Shown here: piece after piece, positions 40,306 to 54,540 of the stretch
How positions within the stretch are numbered: position 1 is the first letter of the stretch
How the letters are laid out: each line of letters starts with the position of its first letter
Assembly: GCA_951406725.2 (NCBI GenBank)
Contig: OX597821.1
Location: 29,264,001 to 29,328,000 of the forward strand
DNA length: 64,000 nt
Direction of reading: 5' to 3'
DNA from: Octopus vulgaris
Taxonomy: Eukaryota
Position numbers and translations under genes: made by a program
The notes under the pieces: model-generated
What the model was told of the DNA's origin: nothing
The model's input: only the letters and a program-made list of their open reading frames with translations
The model's database searches: none

Positions 40306-41154
40306 AATAATAATAATTCTCTCCACTAAAGGAACAGGGGGGTGGTGATATTTTGTGAGAGCAAGTGCTAGTTGATTGTATCAATTTCAGTACTCAATTG
40401 GAAATTAATTTCATTGATCTCAAAAGGATGATAATAATAATGATGATTTAATTCATTTTATATTTTTAAACAGTAGTAGTTATTTTTTTCTAACATAGAT
40501 TCTAAACCACAATTAGAAAAGGCTGATTGCAGCTAACTGTACTTTATTGATGCTTTACTTCATCTACCGTCAAAAAGATGAAAAACAAACTTAACCACAG
40601 GAGAAATTTAACTTAGAACAAGGACAGCTGTAACTAAATACCACAAGGTATTGTGACCGATTGACACTCAAATGATTCTTTATGATGGTGATGAAGACTA
40701 TGTGAAGGCTAAGATGATGATGGCAAAGTAATATTGACAAGAGGCAATTTTTAAAAAAGAAATATGGCTTTTAAATTTACCCTAATATGACAGGTTCATA
40801 TTTGTAATCAAATCCAAAGTGATGACATTGGTGGCACCGAAACATTTTCATAGAACATCCATATGGACACAATATCAATACCACCATCAACACACTACTA
40901 ATATCTAACAAATGAACCACAATGACTAAGTGTTTAGTAGTGTCACCATAACTCTCAGCATCTACTAGAACCAAAATGCTACTGGCTTACACTGCAACCA
41001 CAATACCTTTCTCTAAGTACACTACAGTGTAGTAGTTCTAGCTACTGTGGTTATATCTGAAATGTTTTTTTATCTATGGGCTTGACTTATCACTATAATC
41101 AACACCATTTGAAAAACCTGAATGACTGCTATCACCCTTGCTTCATTCAACCTC

Positions 41155-41505
41155 ATCATCTTCATCATCATCATCGTTTAGTATCCGCTTTCCTTGCTAG
41201 CATGGGTTGGATGGTTCAACTGGGGTCTGGGAAGCCAGAAGTCTGCAATAGGCCAAGTCTGATCTGGCAATGTTTCTACGGCTGGATGCCCTTCCTAACA
41301 CCAACCACTCCATGAGTGTAGTGGGTGTTTTTTACGTGCCACCAGCACAGGTGCCAGGCAAGGCTGGCAAACGGCCATGATCGGATGGTGCTTTTTATGT
41401 GCCACTGGCACGGAGGCCAGTCGGGGCGGCGCGGGCAACGGCCACATTTGGATGGTTCTCTTACGTGCCACCGGCACTGGTATCACAGCTACAATTTCCA
41501 TTGAT
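41155..41505 (-). mobile_element. Family D retro-repeat with internal tandem units
   Basis: (CAT)n tail, tgctagcatgggttgga, gctggatgcccttcctaacaccaaccactcc and repeated ttacgtgccacc. Confidence 0.85.
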
Positions 41506-41980
41506 GTACTATAATAATTGGATGACCAGCACAGACACACAGTTCCCTATGCAAGAGCATATGATTGGCTGCAAATTTCACCCTGAAAAATGTGATGTGT
41601 GTATGTGTAACATGCCAAAAGTGTTTGCGTATGTTTGGCATTTATCCTCTTTTATGGTTATGTATCAGAGTGGCTCTTTTAGAAAAGCGTTGTAATAAGG
41701 AAAGTAGAATTGAAACACAAAGCGTGCATGTTTACACATACGCATGCATTTATACACAACACACACGAGAGAATCGAAGGGGGGGGGATAAGAGAAAGAG
41801 AGAAGGGAGTGGAAGAGAGTGTATATATGAACACAACAGGGTTTAAGGGCATTGATTATAAAGAGATTTTAATTTTAAAAACAAACAATGGCAGCAGAAA
41901 GAGAACAATGGGAATATGGAATAATGTTTATGAATGAATTCGCGGCAGTATGTGTATGTATGAGCATATATGTGTGTGTA

Positions 41981-42032
<52 letters not shown>

Positions 42033-42269
42033 TATACACATTATAATCATGTAATACGTGTGTAGCTACACAACACTATGGAAATATGACAATGGTGCAC
42101 ACACATACACACATGTATACACACGCATGCACACACGCACATGCACACACACAATGAAAACATGACTATGTGCACTCAACATTTCATTTTATTAGTTTTT
42201 AATTGCTTAATAATCCCTCAGCTTAAATATTTAAACACCAACAAGTGTTTATATAATTTATATTATTAC

Positions 42270-42540
42270 ATTTCATCATCATTATCATTGTCGTCATTGT
42301 CATCATCATCATCATCATTATCATCATCGGCAACAGCATCATCATCATCAGTGGCGTCTTTATTGTCATCACCGATATCAGTATCATTATTATCATTCAT
42401 ATTATCACTTCTTATGACTGCTATTCTTATTATCATTATTATTATTATCATTATTATTATTATTATCATTATTATTATTATTATCATCATTATTATTATT
42501 ATCATTATTATTATTATCATCATTATCATTATTATTATTA

Positions 42541-42574
<34 letters not shown>

Positions 42575-42695
42575 CATCATTATTATTATTATCATTATTA
42601 TTATTATCATTATCATTATTATTATCATTATTATTATTATTATCATCATTATTATTATTATCATTATTATTATTATCATCATTATCATTATTATT

Positions 42696-42730
<35 letters not shown>

Positions 42731-42790
42731 TATTGCCATCATCATCATCATCATCATCAACACTATTATTATTGCTATTATTATTATAAG
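42270..42790. repeat. Long (ATT)/(ATC) compound microsatellite
   Basis: Directly visible; source of the poly-I and poly-N/D pseudo-ORFs. Confidence 0.95.
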
Positions 42791-43491
42791 GGCTATTTCT
42801 TTTGCTGTTGTTTACATGTTGAACATTTATTATATGAATGGATTTTTCTTTGCCTTTCTTTCTTTGTTTTTGTTTGTTTGTTTGTTTATTCCTCGCTCCT
42901 ACTCTCAACTAATGTTGTTTATTTTTTCTGCATAAATATTATTTTTCTAAAAAATTTCTTTTTATTAATTTTAGAAAGGGGTGGGTGGGCGAGTAATATT
43001 GGTGGGTTGGAGTGGAATAGCATTTTTTTTTTTTCCCCTGCCTTTCTCTTTGTTTGATTAATGCACACATTATTATTTGGTTACGATATTGTTCTTGGTA
43101 TTGTAATTTTTGCTGTTGTAGTTCTTGCTGCTGCAGATGCTGCCATAGTTGCAGTTGCTGCTGTTGACGCTACTGCTGCTGTTGGTGACGTTGCTGCTGT
43201 TATAACAAGAATAGTACTCCGTTTGCTTTTCCAATTTTATTTTCTTTGAAAATGTATACATTTAAAAAAAATTTATTTGTTGATGCTTTTTATTTAAAAC
43301 CATTATTCATGCCAGAATGGTTCAATCATTAGACCAACACTTTATTTTGTGTGTGTGTTTCAATGTTTTAGTCCACAAGGGAAGAAAGTTCTACAGTGTT
43401 GCTCACCCAGCTACAAACAGCAGGCAAATCTCAGTCAAATAATGTTCTACCATTCTAGAAACAGGAAAGAAGCACACTAAATAATTCTTTC

Positions 43492-43890
43492 GGATCTTTT
43501 TTGGTTTGAATGGCAGTTTTTATCATTTCTAGGTAACTAAAAAATCTTAAACTTCATATACTGGTAGAATGTGTTTATAAAACATCTTTTTCTCTTGGCT
43601 TTATTGAGAAAATTTTATAGTTTGTAAGATATTTGTTGTTTTTTTTCTTGAATTTCTGCAATTTCAACCAATCACTGACGACCATTGAGGTAAACAACAT
43701 TCTGTGCCGTATGAATATGTCCCTCGTTTAAGAAACAGATTGGGTTTATTTACATTTGTGAAGAAAAAAAGATACCCTTCTCCCCACCCCTAACCCTAAC
43801 TCTAAAATAGATTGAAATGCAAAAGATCGATACTAGGATCATAATTATGGGTGACAATTTCATATGACACCGCTAGAAAAAACTGCTAGA
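43492..43890 (-). mobile_element. MITE family E, one TIR truncated
   Basis: Same orientation as and colinear with 37213-37626; contains ccctaaccctaac. Confidence 0.9.
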
Positions 43891-43904
43891 AATCTCCGTT
43901 ACAG

Positions 43905-44190
43905 TGTTAATGTTGTTGGAACATGATGCTAAGCATTGTGGCTTTATACAACTGTACCTCCATCCTAAAGTGTAGGTGTCTCCTTGTTGATCCTATGTAT
44001 GTTGTCCAGCAGAAGTACACCATCAGATACACCACGTTAGAGTTAAAACGTAGCTGAGTGCTATCCATTGGCTGGGATGTTGGGGTTAACTTTAATAGAG
44101 TGCAAGCCACTACAAGCATGCAGATTAGGTTTCCAGTCTGGGGTTAAAATTTCCTTCATTCATCCCTCAGGTCCTAAAAAGTGTTAGTGG
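43905..44190 (-). mobile_element. Penelope-like element relic: GIY-YIG endonuclease fragment
   Basis: Minus-strand peptide SNVVYLMVYFCWTTYIGSTRRHLHFRM matches the PLE endonuclease motif NVVYx..C..C...YIGxTxRxLxxR (NVVYL 44024-44038, YIGST 43985-43999). Confidence 0.75.
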
Positions 44191-44225
44191 ACATTGCCCT
44201 CTCTCATCTATTTAAGCCATAAACT

Positions 44226-44770
44226 ATCGTCATCATCATTGTTCGACCGTGGTAAAGACAATGGAATTTACTATGTTACGCCAGACTTCACGGTCCATCA
44301 TAGCATTTCGGAGGTCCTGTTGTTGGATGCTTGTATCCCTGGAGATTACATCAGGGTGTGGAGGCGCAATGGCCCAGTGGTTAGGGCAGCGGACTCGCAG
44401 TCATAGGATCGCGGTTTCGATTCCCAGACTGGGCGTTGTGAGTGTTTATTGAGCGAAAACACCTAAAGCTCCACGAGGCTCCGGCAGGGGATGGTGGTGA
44501 TCCCTGCTGTACTCTTTCACCACAACTTTCTCTCACTCTTACTTCCTGTTTCTGTTGTACCTGTATTTCAAAGGGCTGGCCTTGTCACTCTCTGTGTCAC
44601 GCTGAATATCCCCGAGAACTACGTTAAGGGTACACGTGTCTGTGGAGTGCTCAGCCACTTACACGTTAATTTCACGAGCAGGCTGTTCCGTTGATTCAGA
44701 TCAACCGGAACCCTCGTTGTCGTAACCAACGGAGTGCTTCCCACATCAGGGTAGGAGAGTGTATTATAAA
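44226..44770 (-). mobile_element. 3' end of an RTE-type LINE, split by SINE F
   Basis: Removing the SINE and one TSD restores TLSYPDVISRDTSIQQQDLRNAMMDREVWRNIVNSIVFTTVEQ*, fitting the RTE C-terminal pattern DL..AM.DR..WR..V, followed by a (GAT)-like tail. Confidence 0.75.
44358..44742 (+). mobile_element. tRNA(Arg-like)-derived SINE family F, tail type 2, 10-bp TSD
   Basis: TSD acatcagggt at 44348-44357 and 44743-44752; A box 44370-44380, B box 44413-44425; anticodon-arm-like gactcgcagtc. Confidence 0.92.
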
Positions 44771-45474
44771 CTATAATCACACACACACACGCACACACAT
44801 ACATACACCCACACAACTAAAAGACTCCGAATTGTCATTACTTTTGAGTGTCATGTTTCTGCTCTTTCAGCTGGTATTGTAGGCCTGCTTTCTCTTAAAT
44901 GATCTGACGTATGAATAAATACTGAAATACTATACAAATGCTATTGAGAAACGCTTATCTCTATATTTTTAGAAACTCTTTCATGGTGCTATTACTATAA
45001 AAACAGCTGTATGAAGCTCACATTTTCCATTTCATTTCTGACTTACAAGGGATCACCACAAACCAAATGAGAAATTAGTGTACCTACATAGGTAATCAAA
45101 TCACCTGCTCATCAACTTGGTGAACGTAGAAGATAGTGTTAGTGAATGGGTCACCTCAGTACATTATGATGAAGATACTTTTACCTGGGTGGCTGAATAT
45201 CATAATGAGCTGCTCAGAAATGGTAAATTCTGTGAGAAGATTCATTACAGGAAAAGTAAAACAATATTTCGTGGAACAATCTAGTAGTTAATCTAACCAT
45301 TAGATCTAATATAGCTAGGGATTACTTAATTTGATAAATTACCATTTTCCGCAGAACTGTGTTAATGTTAATTATTCTGCAGAACAACCAGTCATAAAGT
45401 CAAACAAGTAATATAAGCATTTATTGTTTCACTGAATGTCAACATTCCTGCACACACATGCATATAGATACTTT

Positions 45475-45787
<313 letters not shown>

Positions 45788-46453
45788 ACCCCTGAATTGA
45801 CATTACATAATGATTGTAAACAAGCATCACTATCACATATAAGTGGTATCATTTGTTTTTTCCAGTCTTCTATAGAAAAAAATTTAAAAAGCTGATGAGC
45901 CATGGTAAATATAGCCAGCATAGAAACAGATGAGGCTTGGTGACAGGTAGAGTATCCATCCAAAGAAAATCTGCCTTAACAAATTTCATCTGGCCCCACA
46001 AGCATGGAAAAGTAGACATTATATTGATGACAATGAGGACACACACACACACAAACATACACACACATAACAGGCTTCTGCATAGTTTTCATCTGCCAAA
46101 TCCCATTACAAGGGATCAGTCAACCTGGACAGTGACAGAATACACTTGCTCAAGGTACCACACAATGTGGCTGAACATGTTATCATGTGGTTGTGAAGAA
46201 AAATTTTTTAGCATGTAAAATAACCAGGACTAAAGCTTGCATTAGTCATGCAATCATCCAGATTTTGTCCAAGCCATCCAGCATGTGTAAATTGGATGTT
46301 AATATGATATTAATGACAACAATGGTGATAACATTCATGAGAAAGAAGAACATTTGACTGCAAAGTAATTAAAAGCATATCAAATACCAGATCAATTTTT
46401 CAGGTGTCACTGAAACAACTAAATATTTTGAAATAGCACAAATTGGGATCTGT

Positions 46454-46673
46454 GGCAGAATCGTTAGCATGCTGGACGAAATGCTTAGCGGTATTTTGGC
46501 TGCCACTACATTCTCAGTTCAAATTCCGCTGAGGTTGACTTTGCTTTTCATCCTTTCGGGGTCAATTAAATAAGTACCAGTTACACACTGGGGTCGATAT
46601 AATCGACTTAATCCGTTTGTCTGTCCGTGTTTGTCCTCTCTGTGTTTAGCCCCTTGTGGGTAGTAAAGAAATA
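46454..46673 (+). mobile_element. SINE family A, slightly 5'-truncated, 9-bp TSD
   Basis: TSD gggatctgt at 46445-46453 and 46674-46682; same 3' end as 16796-17035. Confidence 0.9.
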
Positions 46674-47474
46674 GGGATCTGTTGAACAATATGTCAGCAA
46701 CAAGCCAGAGCCAAAAATGATGTCTATACCATAGTTGGCCAGCCACACAGCCTACTAGAAACAACTGCTAAATCCCCTTTAGATATTACCTTGTTGTCAC
46801 AAAATAATAGCACATTGGTGACGATGAAAGAAGTTCCAGCTACGAACATGTCAACTGTTGCAGCTGCAGTATCATACATTATGTTATCTAATGTGTCCTT
46901 CCTCATTTTAAGTGAGAAGTACACAATTTGTGGGGATACTGATGCTGTTATTTCTAGCAAGTCAAACAACCATATAAATGCTCCCTCTGTTGGACAAGCA
47001 GTTGCTTAGATATTGATATCCCAGCACTGATTTCCTGAGTTATACTGGTTATCAATGGATCGGAGTGATTATCAGGGATGGTTGTGGTTTGTGTTGTTGT
47101 TAATACTTCCATGATCAGATCCACATTACCATTTTATCCCATCGCCACGACCACCACCACTTTACAGCCACACTGATCAATGGTATGTGCAATCAGCCAT
47201 AGATCATGATGTTGATGCTGATGATTGTCACAATTGAGCAACAAAGTACATAGAAGTAGCTGTACTGATTCTGTTGATGATGGTGATGATGATGATGATG
47301 ATGATGATGATAACAACGATGTCAATAGAGAAATTGTGGTGGTGGTGGTGATTATTATACTGCCATTGATGATGATGATGATGAGGAGGAGGAGGATGCA
47401 GCAGATGGTGAGGAGGAGGATGACAATAACGATGCCAATACAGATTGTGGTGGTGGTGATTATCATACTGCTAC

Positions 47475-47506
<32 letters not shown>

Positions 47507-50500
47507 CCACTGACGATGATGAGGAGGATGAGGTGGATGCCACTGATGGTGATGAGTGTGATAATGATGATGCTGTGGTTGCTGACAGTAATGATATTTG
47601 CTTCAAATCATAAAAGCTATACACAATAAATAAATGAATAAATAACATGGTAAAAAGCAGACAAACAATACAACAAACTATAATGAAAATTCAACCAAAA
47701 GGAGACTATAATGAATTGAAGTGAAATGCAAGCAAAACAAAACAAAACAAAACAATAAATAAATAAATAAGTAAAAGACAAAAGAAAATTGGTAGAATTT
47801 CAAGAAGTCCTTCCACTGATCACATATTGAATGGCATGGTATTTATAGTAAGGAAATTGTCAGATAATGCATCAAAGTTGCTCTATTCCGATTCCACCAC
47901 AAAGCCATTTATTCTGGGAAACTCTCCAAGAGAGATGGTTTATTGAAAAAGACAAAACAGAAAGAAAAAAAAAAAAGAAAAGAAAAGCACACACACACAT
48001 AAAAAGAATAAAAACATTAAGCACTTATTTAAGAATAAGTTTACTCTGGGATTATGTATGTGTATGTATTAGTCTACATATATATCTCTATATTTCAATG
48101 TATACACATTTGCATACACGTATATATATGTGTGTGTGTATTTGTGTATACAAAGAAATCATAGCAAATTATGGATTAAGGTCAAAATAAAAAGACGTAC
48201 TGGAAAGGAAGATAGAAGAGAAGACACACACAGAGATGCACATGAACATATGCACACTTCAGATATGTGTGGACGAGCATTCATATGCATGTGTGTGCAG
48301 TCATTCTGAGATGCACAAGCTCTCAATCTTTTTGAACCTTGACTCAAATGTGCAGCTCCAACAGACTGTCTTCGCGGTCATTTATCATGTTATCAATTTC
48401 TACGTTAAACATAAATACATAGATATATTTATAGACCATTTTTCACCTAAACTCCCTAACGCTGTGCATTCACATCATACATTTCTTATAATAGTACAAG
48501 AAAAGGGATATATAGATCTATATAACCTAATTTATCAGCTGTCATGCAATTTTGCTATTTTCAATACATCTAAATCGTTGTGAAGGGAGGTAGAAACTAC
48601 AGATTTGAGCAATTTAACTACGCCATAAAGGGAAAAATACCGATCATATAAATGTGCCAATGACAGAAACCACTACACTGTTGCATGAAAATGTAAGAAA
48701 TAGTAGACTATTTCCCACATGCCTACTTATAAAATCCTACCATCTTACAAAATAAATAAGTAAACCTAGGCATGGTTGTTGGGTAAAAAAAATTTGCACC
48801 ACAGCCATATGGTTTCAAATTGAATCTGAAAGCATAACATCTTGAGCAAGAACCTTCTACTATAGCCCTAGGCTGGACAAAGCCTTGTGAATGGATTTGG
48901 TAGACTGAAGATGAAAGAAGCCATCATATGTGTGTGCCTGAGTCTTTTTGTCTTGATATTGCATGATAGTTGTAAACAAGCGTCACCGTCATACAAGTGG
49001 TGTCATTTGTTAACAATTTCCTGCAAAAATATGGCCGACCAAGGAGAAAAATTTTATCTAATGTTGAAACACGTGAGAGTTGAAAACAGAAAGAATAGAA
49101 AATCTGTCAAAATAGATTCCATCTGATCCATACAAGCTTAGAAACATGGACGTTAAAATAATGAAGAAGTTGATGATATTATAGTCCAAAGATATACAAA
49201 AATGAAAGGAACCCCTACAGTGTTGCTAAAAAATACCAGTAATACTAAACAATCTTCTTTAAAATCACACTGTCTTAACCTATGAAATAATGGGCACATT
49301 ATAATCTTAAGCTATAAAAAGAAAAAAAAAAGAAACAGGATGGTTAAGGTTAGATCACCTTTGATTATTGTTCAGCTGACATATAGCTATACAACAAACT
49401 ACCACAGAAATCAAAACTTACAAAGAATCTGTAAATCCACTGTATTGCTGACAACACCTCATAAAGCACAATAACCATTTCGATAGAAAACTAAATCCAC
49501 TACTGATGTTTATAATATAAACATCCAGCTTTAAAATGATCAGATTTGAACAGTGCTTCAAAATTTCACCATAATTTGTTAAGAAAACTAAATTAGTAAC
49601 AACAGTGTTATTTCATTAAATCTTTCATTATTTTCAAAATTAACTGAAATAAAAGCAGTATACTTCAATAGAAATATGATAAGAAAAAGGATAATAAATG
49701 CAAGTAAGAATATCAAATGTCTATAAATTCCTGAAAGGCGTTTAAATAAATTTACTAATTAGCTTCAGTTTTGGGATGTCAACAACATGAGATGATACCT
49801 GATTATATGGTAGTTGTACTGACAACTGTGATAAATGAAGCACAGTACACAGGGTAAAGCACTCTGACCTATATATATATATATATCTATATTCTCTTTA
49901 GATAAACCATCCTCCTACATCATAAAGCCTCTGGACTGAAATCAGAACAATGTTGTTACTTGGCCTATCTGAATGTAACTTTTAACTAAGCCAGCAGGTG
50001 TCATCTCTTTCAAGCTCAGTGCCCTATTCTCAGGGAATGGCATTTTACAAACATTCACTCTATGTCATGCTTCATGAAAGAGCAAAAAGAGGAAGAAAAA
50101 AAAAAGAAAAACAGAAGCTAATTTTGTACAGGGGGTTTATTATCCATATTTTCTTAAAGGATCCCATCCAGGTATAACTCTTTTTAGATAGTTGGAAGAA
50201 CAAATGCCTCCATGTTAAATCATCATCATCATCATCATCATCTTCTCTTTCACTTTAATATTCACTTTTCTATGACTTGCAAGGAACAAACAGAATTCAT
50301 TTGAGGAGATTCCTTTCCTTTTGCCAGTTCTCACTAGTTTCCCCACAAGATGATAATTCCCTATGGCTGGATATGTTCTCATGGAAGATAGGAACAAACA
50401 ACACCATTTGTATGATAGTAATGCCAGTTTTTTTTCTTGATACTGTACAATATCAAGAAAAAAAACTGGGATACACCCACACGCATGCACGCAAACAAGT

Positions 50501-51191
50501 GTCTTTCAGTTTCCATCTAATAAGTGAATCACAAGGCTTAGATCAGCCCAGGGTTATAATAGAAGACACTTGCTTGAGACGCCATATAGTGGAGAGAAAG
50601 AAACTCAAAACCATGGAGTTGGGAAAAACTTCTTAATTACATATCCATGTCTGTGCTTAAAACTATTTATGAAAATTACCAATGATGTTGAGCATATACA
50701 TATATGCATAAACATGAGCTACTTTGAGTTTCATGCTCAAACAGTGCATTAAATCGACAGGCTTGTATAGCATACCATGTAAGCTCCAGCAATCATTCAG
50801 ACTGTAAACTTAAGGTAGCTAATCATATTTATATCATGCTAGATTTAGTACTATTTTGCTGATCCTAAGAACAAGTGAACAGTACCCTATATGTATGTGT
50901 ATGTATGGGTTTGTTTCAGAATAAGTGCACTGTGTCCATGCAAGTTGTAAAAGCTGATAAAAGGGGACGGTGATAAAAAGGGAATCAGGCCATGACATAG
51001 TACCTCAAGTACCTCAGAAAAACTGCTCAGCCCTTGCTAATAAGGAAAAGTAGATTACTGATGATGATAAATCACACAGAAACATAATAGCAAATACTGA
51101 TATACACCAAACTGAATAGGCTAAAGCATTCAACATGAAATTCTTCTTCTTCTTCTTCTTATTATTATTATTATCAGCATCATCATCATTA

Positions 51192-51227
<36 letters not shown>

Positions 51228-51229
<2 letters not shown>

Positions 51230-51417
51230 GTGCCGATGGCACATAAAAAGCACCCACTACACTCATGGAGTGGTTGGTGTTAGGAAGGGCATCCAGCTGT
51301 AGAAACACTGCCAGATCAGACTGGAGCCTGGTGCAGCCTTCTGGCTTCCCAGATCCCGGTCAAACTGTCCAACCCATGCTAGCATGGAAAACAGACGTTA
51401 AACGATGATGATGATGA
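51228..51417 (+). mobile_element. Family D retro-repeat 3' part
   Basis: gtgccgatggcacataaaaagcacccactacactc..gttaggaagggcatccagctgtagaaac..gacgttaaacgatgatgat. Confidence 0.9.
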
Positions 51418-52043
51418 TTATTATTATTATCAATTATTTACTGTTATGATTTATTCAAGACTATATAATGCAATATTCAGGATACTTGGAGGCTTAGTAA
51501 AGAAGGTAAAGCTCCATGAGAGAACACATTGTGCAATAGACTTTCTTCAAATGACAATGATACAAGGAAATTGTATGTCGGTTGCATAACAAAACCCTTC
51601 TGTAGTAAATATACCTGGAATATTTTTTTGACTTTCTGTGAACAAGAGGATAAAGAGCCAATATTTAATTCATCCTCTATAAGAAACTATGCATTGTTAT
51701 TATGAAGAGATGAAGCTGAAATACCAATATATTTCGTAAAAATGCAATAAATAGATAGATGTAGATAGATTGTGGGGCTGGTGGGGAGATAGAAAGACAG
51801 AGATAGCTTGATTGCCTGATAGAGATATACACAGTTAATATGTACTTTATATATATATATATATATGCATACATACATATACATACATATATACATACAG
51901 ATTATACATATATACACACATATATACATACACATATACATACATATATACATACACATATATATATACATATATACATACACATAAACACATACATATA
52001 TACATACACATACATATACATACATATATACATACACATAAAC

Positions 52044-52100
<57 letters not shown>

Positions 52101-52678
52101 CATACACACACACACATACATATTACATATAGAATGGAAAACTAGGTGGGCTGATAGTTAAATAACTGGTGATATATACATATGTGTATCAATCAATCAA
52201 AAATTCACAGCCTTAAGAAGGCTATAGGTGCACAGCAAGAGATGTAACCTTCTCAATCATATTTCCTGGTCATCAGTCAACCTCAAATTTTCGACCATCT
52301 TTGTTCCTGTTCAGTCAGTGATGTTGCTCAATTACTCACGTGGAGGTATGGGAGTGGAGGAAAAAGAGTGGTAACATTCACAACAATATATTTGCTAGAA
52401 ACAGAGTGTCACAGTGTTGTGTTACATGACCTAAACACTTCATTTTCCATCTTTTGACAATTGACAGAAGAATTTCATGATTTACAAGTCCTCCAAACTA
52501 TTTACTTCTTAACACCCTTGTTAGTTTGATGTTTTTGCTTATCGAATGTGAAGTAGCTTTCTATAGCATTTCATTCGAAAGGTCGTGATCTTTCTCTCAC
52601 TTTCAGCATCTAATATAAATGATTTCACACCCATTCAGTGCAATAACAATTATTATTGCTCTTAAAAAAGAATTTTCT

Positions 52679-52683
<5 letters not shown>

Positions 52684-52713
<30 letters not shown>

Positions 52714-53030
52714 GATCGTTTAACGTCCGTTTTCCAAGCTAGCATGGGTTGGACGGTTTTGACTGAGGGCTGGCAACCAGATGGCTGCACCAGGCACCAG
52801 TCTTGATCTGGTAGAGTTTCTACAGCTGGATGCAGTTCCTAACGCCAACTACTCCGAGAGTGTAGTGGGTGCTTCTTACGTGCCACCTGCACTGGGCCAG
52901 TCAGGCAGTACTGGCAATGACCTCGCTCGAATCTTTTTACACGTGCCACCGACACAGGTGCCAGTGAAGCGATGTTGGTAATGATCACGCTCAAATGGTG
53001 CCCTTTTATGTGCCATGGTAACAGAAGCCA
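52684..53030 (-). mobile_element. Family D retro-repeat
   Basis: Reverse complement of about 59750-60098. Confidence 0.9.
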
Positions 53031-53514
53031 ACTGTCAACGATCACAACGAATTGTAATATTTTATTTTCCCGAACAAGGTACAGTAACGCTATATATAGG
53101 TGCAGCAATAGCTGCATGATCCAAAACTTCACTTCCCAATTACAAGGTTTCAGGTTCAGTCCCACTAGACAGCACCTTGAGTGTGTGTCTTCTACCATAG
53201 TGATAGGTTGATAAAAGCCTTGAGAGTGGATTTGGAAGATGTGATATGTGGAAGCCTGTCATACATACACACACTATGATCTGGCACCTTAGATGCTTTT
53301 AGTCAAATCTTCTCTCTTGCAAGCATTTGAGCCAGGCCTCCAATTTCAGGAAACATTCTTCATTCCCTTCTACTAGTCATTGAGGCCCTGTACAAGGACA
53401 TGGACAAATCTCTTCCCATTGGATGATAACACACACACACAAAAAAAAAAAAATACTAATATATTTTTCCCTTAAATAGATATAGTGTTCCATGTTCCTC
53501 CTAAAACCATGCCA

Positions 53515-53723
53515 GGCTCATAAGGGCCAGTTTCCCAGTTTCAGTGGCATAGAAATTCCCCACCCGTTGCAGGATTACTCATTTTTGCCAGCTGAGTGGA
53601 CTGGAGCAACGTGAAAGGAAGTGTTTTGCTCAATAACATAACGCATCACCCGGTCCAGGAATCGAAACCACGACCTTACGATCATGAGTTCAACACCTTA
53701 ACCACTAAGCCACATGCCTCCAC
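53515..53723 (-). mobile_element. tRNA-derived SINE family H with 10-bp TSD (one mismatch)
   Basis: Minus strand gtggaggcatgtggcttagtggtt..ggtttcgattcc (A/B boxes, head related to family F); TSD aaccatgcca 53505-53514 and aaccgtgcca 53724-53733. Confidence 0.85.
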
Positions 53724-53739
53724 AACCGTGCCACACATG

Positions 53740-54540
53740 GGAGTTACAATAAATGTCTAACTGGTAATCCCAAGTAATTATTTCTTCTCCGTGAATATTA
53801 TCATTGCAAACCTGGATGATATAGCTTACTCCTTCTTGTAATCCAGCCTGTATTTTTACTGAATCTGTTTATATTATTGGTTTCCATTTAAGCAAATAAA
53901 ACATCATATCTATCAAAATTTTATTTGGATGGCCAATTAAACAAATCATATGGTTTGTTTTTGTTTTGGTACTTTTGGCATTTCCCATCTTTGGCAGTAA
54001 ACACAACAATTGATTCTGTCCATTTACTCAAGAACATAATACATTCTCCAGTCCGTAAAACACCATTACAAATTTTACAAAGAATCTCAGTGAGATATCT
54101 GCCTCCATTCTTTAACAGTTCTGCATTCAGGTTATTATGGGTTCCAGGTAATCTATCACGTTTTTGCTTCTTAATTGCTTGTGTAGCTTCTAACTCACTG
54201 ATTTCTAGCTATTGCTGTATATTAAAAGCAAATTCCTTTCTGTCTACCTCTGCTTTATGGCTGTGAAGTCCCTCAGTCTTCTCTCTGCCTATCAGTCACT
54301 TCATTGGCTTCAGTTAGTAGGTTAACATCTTTATATCTTTGACAGTTTTAACATTTAGGCAGCCATTTTGTGGTTAGGCCCTTAACTGTCAGTTATGCTT
54401 TCCTGAAGTTATTTACTTAGTGACTGCTTTCCATTCCTTTACATCTTTTGTTAATCTGTGTCTGTTTCTGCCCCAATAACTATTTTTAGTTTTGGCCAAT
54501 CTGGAATCTAATTCTGCTGTTTCATTTTCATATCATATCT
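53740..54540 (-). mobile_element. Decayed RTE-type LINE, N-terminal part of reverse transcriptase
   Basis: Minus-strand PGTHNNLNAELLKNGGRYLTEILCKICNGVLRTG matches the RT motif PG.D.I.AELLK.GG..L...L..L.N.I...G; many stops. Confidence 0.7.

Noticed and set aside
38208-42935. Longest ORFs (201 aa, 264 aa, poly-I/L/Y/N)
   Set aside because: Translations of stop-free trinucleotide microsatellite frames; the same applies to the many YI/HT/CV ORFs from dinucleotide repeats.
44358-44435. tRNA-Arg gene
   Set aside because: A/B boxes are present but the cloverleaf is imperfect and runs into a SINE body enclosed by a TSD; the same holds for 23420-23492 and 53650-53723.
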